A DNA stretch of 25,394 nt from a virus (lineage: Duplodnaviria > Caudoviricetes): positions 1-25,394 of the IMG/VR virus record IMGVR_UViG_3300004088_000013, one strand, 5' to 3'. Position 1 is the stretch's first letter, and each line of letters opens with the position of its first letter. The translations under genes were made by a program, and so were the position numbers. The notes below the pieces were generated by a model that was given only the letters and a program-made list of their open reading frames with translations, had not been told where the DNA came from and did no database searches. Shown piece after piece: positions 9,213-17,064 of this stretch.

Positions 9213-9636
9213 CACCAACTTCCTTTTTAACACGCGCAACCGCACTGTTCACGTAACTCTGCCAATTCTGCAATGGTGCAGCCATGAAACCATCGTATAT
9301 CTCACGGATCGGTGCGTAATTCGCAATCCAACCCCAATAGAACGTATCACCGAGTTTCATTTGGGCTAGGACGGCTATGAGAGCCGCCCCATCCCATTTG
9401 TATTGACCGGGTAACGTACCAGCGGGTCGCTGACCCACCCCGCTCGGATAACCATCGAGCGATGCCCTGCCTGAATTACTCAAGAAACCCGTCTTGTAAC
9501 GCATCCGACCACCCTTGTCGGTGGTGAGTTGCATGTCATTAACCATGTCATTGAGTGCGTAGCGCGTCATTGCTTCCATGCGTTCTTTGGTCTCACGCAC
9601 GAACTCATCCACATCAGCAGAGAATGAATTGCTCAT
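9202..9636 (-). CDS. Neck / tail completion protein (HK97 gp10-like)
   Basis: 144 aa from MSNSFSADV (ATGA overlap); GGRMRYKTGFLSNS and GWIANYA motifs. Confidence 0.7.
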   Translation of the reverse strand: MSNSFSADVDEFVRETKERMEAMTRYALNDMVNDMQLTTDKGGRMRYKTGFLSNSGRASLDGYPSGVGQRPAGTLPGQYKWDGAALIAVLAQMKLGDTFYWGWIANYAPIREIYDGFMAAPLQNWQSYVNSAVARVKKEVGDAG

Positions 9637-10655
9637 TTCAATCCTGCCCCCCATCGGATGTCATAACGAATTCGGCACCGGCACGCGATCACATCCTTGC
9701 CGGTCGCGCCGAGTGTCGTATCGCCGGGGTGCAACAAGCGCGCACCAGTGACGGGTGATACGAATGCTTCTTCAATGCCGACACGTTGTCCATCCATCTC
9801 TCTGTGTGAGTGCCGTGTCAGATTGTCATTCTTAGCGTCCCATATCTTCGCAGCCGCATCGGAGGGTAGGTTGCTCTGCGCCAATGCCTGCTTTGTTGCT
9901 TCGTATTCGCTGCGGTTCAAAGCGGCGAGTGCTTCGGTCCGACCAATCGTGTCGCCGCGATGTTTGAGTGCCCGGTCGCGGTAGCGGTCGGTCAGTTTCG
10001 TCACCTGGTCAGCAGTCAGCGGTTTACCCTCTGCAATGGCCTTGCGCACGATCCCGTCGAACCGCTTGTCGCGCAATTTCATCCCAAAATACGATGCGTC
10101 CAACATGAGCAGTTTCTGACGGACATTCCGCGCCCATGTCTGCTCACGTTCACCGAGACCGACGATCCCGCCCTCGCGGTGCCCTGTGGTGCTGTTATAG
10201 CGGCCCACAAGGTCTAGGGCGACTGAACGGGGGTTACGACCCTCTTCCATGCCCTCACGTAGCGTATCGCGCACGGCAAGCCGTACATCCTCCTCAATAT
10301 TCGTGACAAGTGCAGAGGATCGTTCCGCAAGCCAGCGTTCGGCCGCAGGATCACGGACATTGAACCGCAACATGGTCATCAGACCGTCCGAATCAGGTGT
10401 GTATTTTGGTTGCATGGCAATCATCATCATACCACCTTGTTGAAACGCTTGCACCATCATACTGTGATATGTGTTGAAAACTGCGGGGTTGTATCCAAGC
10501 GCACGCAATGCGCCCTCGATGTTACGCTGTTCGATCATCGCGACAATTTCATTTAACCGAGCATTATCGCGAATGTCACGGATACCAGCAAGAATCGCAT
10601 CACGAATCGCTGGACTATAGCGTTCGAGCAGTTCGAGAAGTTGCTTTTCGTCCAC
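9633..10655 (-). CDS. Head morphogenesis protein (Mu gpF / SPP1 gp7-like)
   Basis: 340 aa; C-terminal RGDTIGRTE, KIWDAKNDNLTRHSHREMDGQ and HPGD...DVIACRC motifs. Confidence 0.85.
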   Translation of the reverse strand: MDEKQLLELLERYSPAIRDAILAGIRDIRDNARLNEIVAMIEQRNIEGALRALGYNPAVFNTYHSMMVQAFQQGGMMMIAMQPKYTPDSDGLMTMLRFNVRDPAAERWLAERSSALVTNIEEDVRLAVRDTLREGMEEGRNPRSVALDLVGRYNSTTGHREGGIVGLGEREQTWARNVRQKLLMLDASYFGMKLRDKRFDGIVRKAIAEGKPLTADQVTKLTDRYRDRALKHRGDTIGRTEALAALNRSEYEATKQALAQSNLPSDAAAKIWDAKNDNLTRHSHREMDGQRVGIEEAFVSPVTGARLLHPGDTTLGATGKDVIACRCRIRYDIRWGAGLK

Positions 10656-10658
10656 GTA

Positions 10659-11021
10659 TCAGCGCCTCGCAATAACCGTCCACGTCACGGGTGTTCCCGC
10701 AGCGGGTCGCGGCATAATTTCGATGATCTTGTAGCGCACATCATCGATCAGGAGATATCCACTCATTTTCGGCACATTCACACCGTCGTTTGGAAACGTC
10801 ACTTGTCGATCGCTTTGGACGATGTGTGATCCGTCAACATATTTGGTCGAAACGGGTTGCACTGTCGCTGCCAGCGTCACAGGTGGCCCATCACTGCTCG
10901 ATGCTGGTTCGTCCGGTGAGACCCCCGCGTTTGACACAATCGGGACGTATTTTACCACACCCTGTTTGAATTCTGTGAAAACTTCGTTTGCGACACCGCG
11001 CATCTCATCATAAATACTCAT
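10659..11021 (-). CDS. Head closure / head-tail joining protein
   Basis: 120 aa from MSIYDEM; KYVDGSHIVQSD and YKIIEIMPRPAAGTPVTW motifs; synteny after the adaptor. Confidence 0.65.
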   Translation of the reverse strand: MSIYDEMRGVANEVFTEFKQGVVKYVPIVSNAGVSPDEPASSSDGPPVTLAATVQPVSTKYVDGSHIVQSDRQVTFPNDGVNVPKMSGYLLIDDVRYKIIEIMPRPAAGTPVTWTVIARR

Positions 11022-11026
11022 TGCAC

Positions 11027-11054
11027 TTGACACCCTGTTAGTATTCCGTATGAA
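11027..11054 (+). promoter_or_regulatory. Putative sigma70-like promoter for the plus-strand 129-aa gene
   Basis: TTGACA-16 nt-TATGAA upstream of RBS GGGGAA and ATG 11090. Confidence 0.4.
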
Positions 11055-11089
11055 TCATATTTCCAATTCTGGATATACGGGGAATACAC

Positions 11090-11479
11090 ATGAAAAATAC
11101 GACTGTCTCGAATACTAAGCCTGCCGCTGCTCCTGCTACGCGCAGTAAACGAATCGAACCCCAAGTGTTGACCGGCAAATTGCCTGAGGGTTTCACACCG
11201 CCAGAATCGCGCCGTGGTGGTGCAACCAAATATCCTATCAATTCGCTTGAAGTCGGTGGCGCGTTCGGTGTCAAGAACAAGGTGAAGCGTGACCTGGCTG
11301 GTGTTATTAACCGTGCCAACGTCAAATACAGCACCCGCGCCAAGGACGCCGCTGGTAAAACGAAGGTGATCGAAACCGAACGTGAATTCTACGCGATTGA
11401 TGTTGACGCTGCCACTGCGAAGACACTCACCGGCACCGATCTTGAAGGTTCGAGTGTTCTGGTCGTTCGTCGCAAGTAA
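11090..11479 (+). CDS. Small basic protein, possible DNA-binding protein
   Basis: 129 aa, Lys/Arg-rich; RRGGATKYPINSLEVGGAFGV resembles the phage KYPF-x-x-[LM]EVG-x-SF motif; has its own RBS and terminator. Confidence 0.7.
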   Translation: MKNTTVSNTKPAAAPATRSKRIEPQVLTGKLPEGFTPPESRRGGATKYPINSLEVGGAFGVKNKVKRDLAGVINRANVKYSTRAKDAAGKTKVIETEREFYAIDVDAATAKTLTGTDLEGSSVLVVRRK

Positions 11480-11489
11480 ACCCTCATAT

Positions 11490-11522
11490 ACCCGCCGCGT
11501 CCTAACCGATGCGGCGGGTTTT
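11490..11522. terminator. Terminator hairpin between convergent genes
   Basis: acccgccgcgtc-ctaacc-gatgcggcgggt followed by ttt on the plus strand. Confidence 0.75.
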
Positions 11523-12257
11523 CTATGCCCTGTGCATACTGCTCGAAAGTGACGACGCATTCGACCCTCCCATCAGCGGTGCCAGTATGATACTAAGTAT
11601 CGGGAACTGCTTCTGTGCTGTCATGGCGTTCAACCCGCGAGACTTAACCCGTAACGCACCCTCGATCGACACTTCCGAATACTTCTCAGGTGTGTGATCC
11701 GGCGAAAGCACCGCCGCGTCCTCCAACCAGCGATACGCTACCTCATAACTCGCGTTTTTGATCTCAGTCGGGACTGTGAGGTAATCAACCGGCCATCCGT
11801 CGCGGTCGTATATTTCGCTGCGTGGCCAGTCGCGGACTTGCATGTCTCTTGGTGCGATCTTGTAACCTGGCCACGCAAACGAACCATCGAGCCATTCAGA
11901 TGCGACCAGAAGGGCGGCGATAATTTCATTATTTCCGTCTATCGGATTTCGACCGCGCATAGCGTGATATGTGCGGTAATCACTAGGATCACCATAATAC
12001 GTGCCTAGACTGATTACAGGCCGAGCGACCGTGCCGGTTGCGGTAAAGATATCCGTTCCGGTTTCCGTTGCAGCCATCGAGCCGTTGATAATGCCCGCGC
12101 CGGACCCGGCAAACTGGTCCTGTCCAGCCTCGGTAACGGCCAAAGTGCCCGTGATTGGCCCTACAACAGCATCGGTGACGTTGACCGTTATCGTCTGGTC
12201 GGTGGTCAGCCCACCTGTGTCGGTCGCCCTGACTATTACTGTGTAGGTGTTAGGCAT
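11523..12257 (-). CDS. Head-tail adaptor (DnaT-like family) with an N-terminal half-cadherin and beta repeats
   Basis: C-terminal ~160 aa: YYGD...YHAMRG...AALLVASEWLDG...QVRDWPR...VPTEIKNASYEVA; N-terminus NTYTVIVRATDTGGLTTDQTITVNVTD; in-frame TGA three codons before the ATG. Confidence 0.75.
   Translation of the reverse strand: MPNTYTVIVRATDTGGLTTDQTITVNVTDAVVGPITGTLAVTEAGQDQFAGSGAGIINGSMAATETGTDIFTATGTVARPVISLGTYYGDPSDYRTYHAMRGRNPIDGNNEIIAALLVASEWLDGSFAWPGYKIAPRDMQVRDWPRSEIYDRDGWPVDYLTVPTEIKNASYEVAYRWLEDAAVLSPDHTPEKYSEVSIEGALRVKSRGLNAMTAQKQFPILSIILAPLMGGSNASSLSSSMHRA
12033..12155 (-). repeat. Two 22-aa-period repeats in the adaptor extension
   Basis: ITGTLAVTEAGQDQFAGSG and INGSMAATETGTDIFTATG. 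Confidence 0.7.
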
Positions 12258-12630
12258 CCTGTGTCACCGGAATGGGGTGGTAACTACCTCCGCCGAGCGG
12301 CACGGCAGATATTGGAATAGAGCCGATACCGTTGTCGAACGAGAAGTTCCATGTGTAAGTCGCTATCGCAGAAGGAGCCGCCGGAGGGTTTGCGGATCGC
12401 TGATAAAGAAATATCGTCGCCGCTTTGATACTGTCAGACGCGGAGAAATCAAACCGCAGAGCGCCATCGTCGCGCTGTATCTTTGCCAGATTAGCCCGCA
12501 CTTCATCGGTCGTTTGCTTGATCGCGTCAAATTCGCCGTCGAGCCTTACGCATGGTTGATGGGCCGATGGCGTAGTGGCGGAGAAATCCGTGAAACTGAA
12601 ATTGTGATCATACGGCGTTGGATGGGTCAT
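12250..12630 (-). CDS. Short protein with a tailspike/fibre-type N-terminal attachment motif
   Basis: 126 aa; PTPYDHNFSFTDF...LDGEFDAIK...NLAKIQRDDGAL recalls the N-termini of alphaproteobacterial phage spike/fibre proteins; overlaps the next gene (ATGCCTAA). Confidence 0.55.
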   Translation of the reverse strand: MTHPTPYDHNFSFTDFSATTPSAHQPCVRLDGEFDAIKQTTDEVRANLAKIQRDDGALRFDFSASDSIKAATIFLYQRSANPPAAPSAIATYTWNFSFDNGIGSIPISAVPLGGGSYHPIPVTQDA

Positions 12631-12635
12631 AATTC

Positions 12636-12664
12636 GCTATACCTGTCCGCTTTGTATGAATCAA
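12636..12664 (-). promoter_or_regulatory. Putative leaderless promoter for the 126-aa gene
   Basis: TTGATT-17 nt-TATAGC-5 nt-ATG. Confidence 0.5.
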
Positions 12665-12672
12665 CGCCAAAC

Positions 12673-12756
12673 TTATCGGAGTAATATCGCCGCTATCCCG
12701 GCCCACAGGACTAGCGAGATAGCGGCAATCACAGAGAGGCGTGTTGCGATAGTCAT
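12673..12756 (-). CDS. 27-aa hydrophobic membrane peptide
   Basis: MTIATRLSVIAAISLVLWAGIAAILLR; ATGA overlap with the preceding small ORF. Confidence 0.55.
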   Translation of the reverse strand: MTIATRLSVIAAISLVLWAGIAAILLR

Positions 12757-12842
12757 TTCCACCACTTCGCAATTTCAGGCGCGAAGCACATCACAGCGAA
12801 GGCGGCGATGCCGATGGCGGCTATGATTGATGCGGGGATCAT
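12753..12842 (-). CDS. 29-aa hydrophobic membrane peptide
   Basis: MIPASIIAAIGIAAFAVMCFAPEIAKWWK; ATGA overlap with the DUF1996-like gene stop. Confidence 0.55.
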   Translation of the reverse strand: MIPASIIAAIGIAAFAVMCFAPEIAKWWK

Positions 12843-14236
12843 GCCATCGCTGCCACAGTGACAGCCTTCGGGGTGGCAGGTATCTGCGTGACCTGAATAC
12901 CCCTGCCAAAGTCAACTTGACGCGCCTTGCCATCTGGTGTGATGACTTGATCAAATGCAAGCATATCCTCTGTGGCAGAAATAGTGCTGTCGCCCATTTC
13001 GTGCGGAATACCTCCTAAAACGCCACAGCCGATGCCGTTGGTTTCCCATGCCCGCCGTGTGGTTTCATCCCATCCATCCATCCAATCGGTGTGAAAACTC
13101 ATCCCCTTGCCGGGAACGCCCATCATATTTGCGTGGGCATCAGAGGCTAATCTGGGGTTGAAGTTCATAAATGGTCCGCCGAGAAAGGCTTCAATCTCCA
13201 CAATATCCCACGACATGTTATATTCAGGTATCGGCAGCACATACCAGCCGATAGGCGGGACATATATACCTGCTGTATTGTCAAATATACACGGCATCAC
13301 ATGGTCGTAGCCACGCGGCGACCAAGGGTTCACCCCGTCCCAAGCAAGTCGCTGTTGAAACTGCATCTGTAATGTTGTTGCGCCGCTGGCAGCAGATCCG
13401 TTGGCGGCAAACGGGCTGGTTGTGTCTGGGTTTTGCAGATACTTGCTTTTAGTCGTTCCCGCAGTGGCGTTGTTGATCGTCCAGTCGTGCCACATTCCAT
13501 CAACATTGTTTACGCTGATGCCTTCGTGCACGCGGTATCTTGTGCCGCCGCCATTGTCGGCATTAGCCTGCGCGACAATATTCTCTATCCGCGTGGGATT
13601 ATCCATATCGAAGCCCGAAACGTAGCGCAGGCCGTTCGGGATCGGATGAGTAATGATGCTCTGCGAAGGGCTTTGTTTGTAATATATAATCGTGAAGGCC
13701 GGCGAAATGGCATAGGTTACGCCGCCCTTGTCGAACAATAGTGCAGGCATCCAATAGGCCGTATTATTCAGTCTGCCGCCAGCTGCGCCCGATCCGTCGT
13801 CATCTCCAATCAGTGTTCTCTGCGTGGCCCGTGTGGTTACTGCCGATGGCGTATAATTACCCCAAAACGAGTGCATATGCGAGCCTCCTGGGAAGCCATA
13901 ATTGCGGATGGGATCGACAGAAAAGTGCCCAAGCATTTCGGAATGAGTGCGGAACTTGGCCTCGCCTTTCGTGCCACCGAAGCCAATGGCAAGTAGCGCG
14001 TCAAAAGCAGCCTGCCCCGGTCCAGCCTTTAACCAGCCCGATCTGCTAGGGGTTGGAATATCAGCCGGTTGACTTGCCCAATACGGTGCAAAGCCGCCCG
14101 TGGCGGTGCCGTCACCTATTGTCGGCTGTGCGCCGCCCGTTGCATAGGCAATCGGCTGCGGCACATAGGCGGGAACGTCAGGCGGGCGTATCTGGCCAAC
14201 AAACAGCGGACCTGATGATGGTGTTGCAATGGGCAT
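12839..14236 (-). CDS. DUF1996-like domain protein
   Basis: 465 aa from ATG 14236 (TAATG overlap); DPIRNYGFPGGSHMHSFWGN, NNTAYWMPAL, PIPNGLRYVSG, WDGVN and SFHTDWMDGWD match DUF1996 blocks in order. Confidence 0.75.
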   Translation of the reverse strand: MPIATPSSGPLFVGQIRPPDVPAYVPQPIAYATGGAQPTIGDGTATGGFAPYWASQPADIPTPSRSGWLKAGPGQAAFDALLAIGFGGTKGEAKFRTHSEMLGHFSVDPIRNYGFPGGSHMHSFWGNYTPSAVTTRATQRTLIGDDDGSGAAGGRLNNTAYWMPALLFDKGGVTYAISPAFTIIYYKQSPSQSIITHPIPNGLRYVSGFDMDNPTRIENIVAQANADNGGGTRYRVHEGISVNNVDGMWHDWTINNATAGTTKSKYLQNPDTTSPFAANGSAASGATTLQMQFQQRLAWDGVNPWSPRGYDHVMPCIFDNTAGIYVPPIGWYVLPIPEYNMSWDIVEIEAFLGGPFMNFNPRLASDAHANMMGVPGKGMSFHTDWMDGWDETTRRAWETNGIGCGVLGGIPHEMGDSTISATEDMLAFDQVITPDGKARQVDFGRGIQVTQIPATPKAVTVAAMA

Positions 14237-16629
14237 TATGGGTTGGTTGCTCCTGCGGCTAGTGCGCCGGTGAGGGTGAACCCGCCGCCTGCGCCTTTGT
14301 TTGTATGCCATGACGCAACCGCGCCGGAGAGGAACACGGCAGGAGCCGATCCTGTTGGAGTGCTGCCATCAGCGCCAAGGTCAACCGGAGTATCGGCAAT
14401 ATTGAACTTCTGACGGTTCGCCAAAACTGACAGGTCGAGACTTGTAACCGTATTGAGGTAGGGGTCAGCCATATCGCCAATCAGGAAGTTGGTGGCGAGT
14501 GTGGATGCGCCCACGCCATAGTCGGGCGTATTATAAGCGATAGTGTCGTTTATCGTAACGGTGAACGCCCCGTCAACATCGGTCACACCGTCAATGTAAA
14601 GCTGGGCGCGGCCCGTGGCCAAGTCCCAAGAGGCAAGGATATGGTGCCACGCCGTTGATGTGATAAAGCCTGTAGTGTTTGTGCGAATCTGCAAAATTGC
14701 AGATTCGCCCGAATTGCGCCCGTCAACGGTAATTCTGCCACTTGAAGACCGCTCAACCCGCAAGCCGGAACTTATGGACCTGCCCACAATGAATTGCTGC
14801 GATGAACCGCCAGCGGCAAACTTGACCCAACCGGAGAACATACCGGCCTTGCCCGCCACAACGCCGGTCAGGGCTGCGCCGCGAGCCAAACGGTCTGCAC
14901 CGTCGAAGGTGACGCTTTGCGCGGTGTAGGAAACCGGAGCCGCCGTAGTGATTAAGTAGGTATCTGAAACCGTGCCGATGGTCAGCGCAACATTCACGGT
15001 ATCGCTTGCGGTAGCCGAGGCGGTCCCGCGCACTGCAACAGTATCTCCAGCGGTGAACGTGCCTGCCGTGCTAACCCATAAACCGCCATTTAGACGATAC
15101 TCTCCGCCTGTGACGGAGATTGACTTGGTTTCGCCGGTATAAAGCCCGCCCGGTGTGAGGGTGTTGCTAGTCGAAACGGCGCTTGCAACTACATCTGTTG
15201 CATCGGTGAAGGACAGACCTGTGACCTCGTTGGCAAAGCCAAGCAGGAAGTTCGCGACCGGCCTGTAAATCGGGTGGAGGTAAGTCGCGTGAACGTCCTG
15301 CGAGGGATGCACGCCGTCAGGGTAAAACGTGGTATTGGAGCCAGCAGTATCAGTGCCGATTGTCGGGTCGGCGGCGAAGTCAAACACGGCCTCAAAATCA
15401 ACGCCGCTGCCCGCACGAATAAGCACGTTTGCTGCGTTGCGGCGCGTGTTAAACGCGCCATCAGGCTTCGGTGTGATAGTCCCGACCGCCACTAGCGTTC
15501 CAGATGCCCTGAACGGCGCGATATAGGCCACCAGCGCGTCATACCAGTTCTGCACGGTGGGGTAGCGCGTGGCATTACCCACATCGTTCGTCCCGATGAG
15601 AACCGTCATCACTTCGGCCTTGAGCGCAAGAGCCGTTGCCTGCCTGTTCAGTAGCGACGGCGAGGTTGCGCTGGTTACTCCGATAGTCGAGCCACCAACC
15701 GCCAACTTGTTGTAGTCAACTGCCGGATATGCTGCGTCATACAGGTAGTTGTAGCCATTCGGTCCCGCGCTGGTTAGGCTATCGCCTTCCGTTATCAGGC
15801 GGTCGTTGATTGTGCCGACAGCGCCAATATCAGCACCAACCACGTTGGAGAATGTGCCGACCCGTCCGTCATCGGCCATGATGCGCAGGCGAACATTGAC
15901 CACACCGCTAGGCAAAGCGTCCATAACGGTAAATGCCAGCGCGCCGGTGAAGTCTGCATAGATAATCTGGCGGCGAAGGGTGCGCGGAGTAACTTCTGCA
16001 CCCGGCCCGTCCGCAAAGTCAGGGATTGCCTCTGTGCCGCCGCCCACTTCGATATACCAGTCGAAGCCGACGACATCATCAGGGATAAGGCCACCTATTG
16101 AGAACTTGAGCGGTGCGCCTGCTGCCGATGTCTTGGTGAGTGTTGGCGTTGGGAGGGTGCCGCCCTCCACCACATCCGTCACGCTAATCGTAAAAGTCCG
16201 GCTAATCGCAGCATCGACGCCGTTGCTGGCCTGAATGGTCACAGAATGACTGGTGGCAGTTTCGTAATCCAGCGCCGCCGATGTGTTCAGATTGCTGCCG
16301 GATACGGCGAATTTCGCATCAGGATCGGCGGTTTTGGTGAACGTATAAACGCCCGTGCCGTCCGATACGGACAGGACACCCACGGTTGAACCGGATAGCG
16401 CGCTTTCTAGGATGCTGGAAGCAGATAGTTGGATGGTGGGCGTTCCACTAATGAATGCTTTCACGCCATTACCCAACCAGCGCAGGGTTGATCCGATAAT
16501 CTCAAATTCAGCCGCATCGGCACCGCCCACGATGATCCACGTCACGCTCTCGTTGGCGGTCAGGGCATGGGCCAGTACCGTGTCTTCGACATTGCTGACT
16601 GTGCCGGTGCTGGTGATCGTGGGTGCCAT
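14236..16629 (-). CDS. Multidomain virion accessory protein: cadherin-like + SGNH/GDSL hydrolase + LamG/ConA-like
   Basis: 797 aa; cadherin LDYETATSHSVTIQAS...ISVTDV; SGNH blocks GDSLT, GGST, GTND, DGVHP; LamG-like WHHILASWD...AQLYIDG. Confidence 0.8.
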   Translation of the reverse strand: MAPTITSTGTVSNVEDTVLAHALTANESVTWIIVGGADAAEFEIIGSTLRWLGNGVKAFISGTPTIQLSASSILESALSGSTVGVLSVSDGTGVYTFTKTADPDAKFAVSGSNLNTSAALDYETATSHSVTIQASNGVDAAISRTFTISVTDVVEGGTLPTPTLTKTSAAGAPLKFSIGGLIPDDVVGFDWYIEVGGGTEAIPDFADGPGAEVTPRTLRRQIIYADFTGALAFTVMDALPSGVVNVRLRIMADDGRVGTFSNVVGADIGAVGTINDRLITEGDSLTSAGPNGYNYLYDAAYPAVDYNKLAVGGSTIGVTSATSPSLLNRQATALALKAEVMTVLIGTNDVGNATRYPTVQNWYDALVAYIAPFRASGTLVAVGTITPKPDGAFNTRRNAANVLIRAGSGVDFEAVFDFAADPTIGTDTAGSNTTFYPDGVHPSQDVHATYLHPIYRPVANFLLGFANEVTGLSFTDATDVVASAVSTSNTLTPGGLYTGETKSISVTGGEYRLNGGLWVSTAGTFTAGDTVAVRGTASATASDTVNVALTIGTVSDTYLITTAAPVSYTAQSVTFDGADRLARGAALTGVVAGKAGMFSGWVKFAAGGSSQQFIVGRSISSGLRVERSSSGRITVDGRNSGESAILQIRTNTTGFITSTAWHHILASWDLATGRAQLYIDGVTDVDGAFTVTINDTIAYNTPDYGVGASTLATNFLIGDMADPYLNTVTSLDLSVLANRQKFNIADTPVDLGADGSTPTGSAPAVFLSGAVASWHTNKGAGGGFTLTGALAAGATNP

Positions 16630-16632
16630 TGT

Positions 16633-16995
16633 TTAGGGCGCGTGCGTAATCACGGCGCTCGAAAGCCCCACGTTCTGCCCGGTGTTAATTGTCACGTTGT
16701 CAAGATTGATGTCGCTGTTGGTAGTGCCCACGGTCAGGCCGGTAATGCCCACCACTGCGCCCGCAGTCTTGACCTGCGCTTTAGCCGCCGTGCCGGTTCC
16801 AGAGGCAGCAACAGGGGTTGCATCAAGCACAAGCGTCCAAACTGCGCCCGTTACAGTTCCACCTGCGGCATTAAGTCCAAACGTGACCAACAGATCATCG
16901 GTGGCGGTTAGGATTTCCAGCGTCCCGTTTGCGAAGAAATTCAGCTTGGCCGTCATGCTGGCGGTTTTGACTGCGGTTGTATATGTTACTGCCAT
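16633..16995 (-). CDS. Small Thr/Gly/Ala-rich virion protein (possible decoration or fibre-base protein)
   Basis: 120 aa; GTGTAAKA...GLTVGT..SDINLDN..I..GQ.V...SAVITHA pattern seen in phage structural clusters; RBS AGGGA. Confidence 0.6.
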   Translation of the reverse strand: MAVTYTTAVKTASMTAKLNFFANGTLEILTATDDLLVTFGLNAAGGTVTGAVWTLVLDATPVAASGTGTAAKAQVKTAGAVVGITGLTVGTTNSDINLDNVTINTGQNVGLSSAVITHAP

Positions 16996-17064
16996 TGTCT
17001 TTCCCTATCCTGAAAAGGCGGACCTATCAGCCTGCCCTTCCTTAACACGCAATTTGCACAACTA

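Noticed and set aside
12740-12756. ATGACTATCGCAAC as another ATCACAC-family promoter
   Set aside because: Better explained as the start of the 27-aa ORF; weak match to the motif.
14237-14311. Arg-rich N-terminal extension MAYKQRRRRRV on the DUF1996-like ORF (Tat-like at first sight)
   Set aside because: It is an alternative frame of the 797-aa gene's end and has no hydrophobic region; the TAATG overlap marks 14236 as the likelier start.
12258-16457. Precise DNA excision or splicing rejoining the cadherin halves via a shared CATTC
   Set aside because: Only 5 nt of identity, the join gives an in-frame TGA, and no recombinase, att repeats or intron features are visible.
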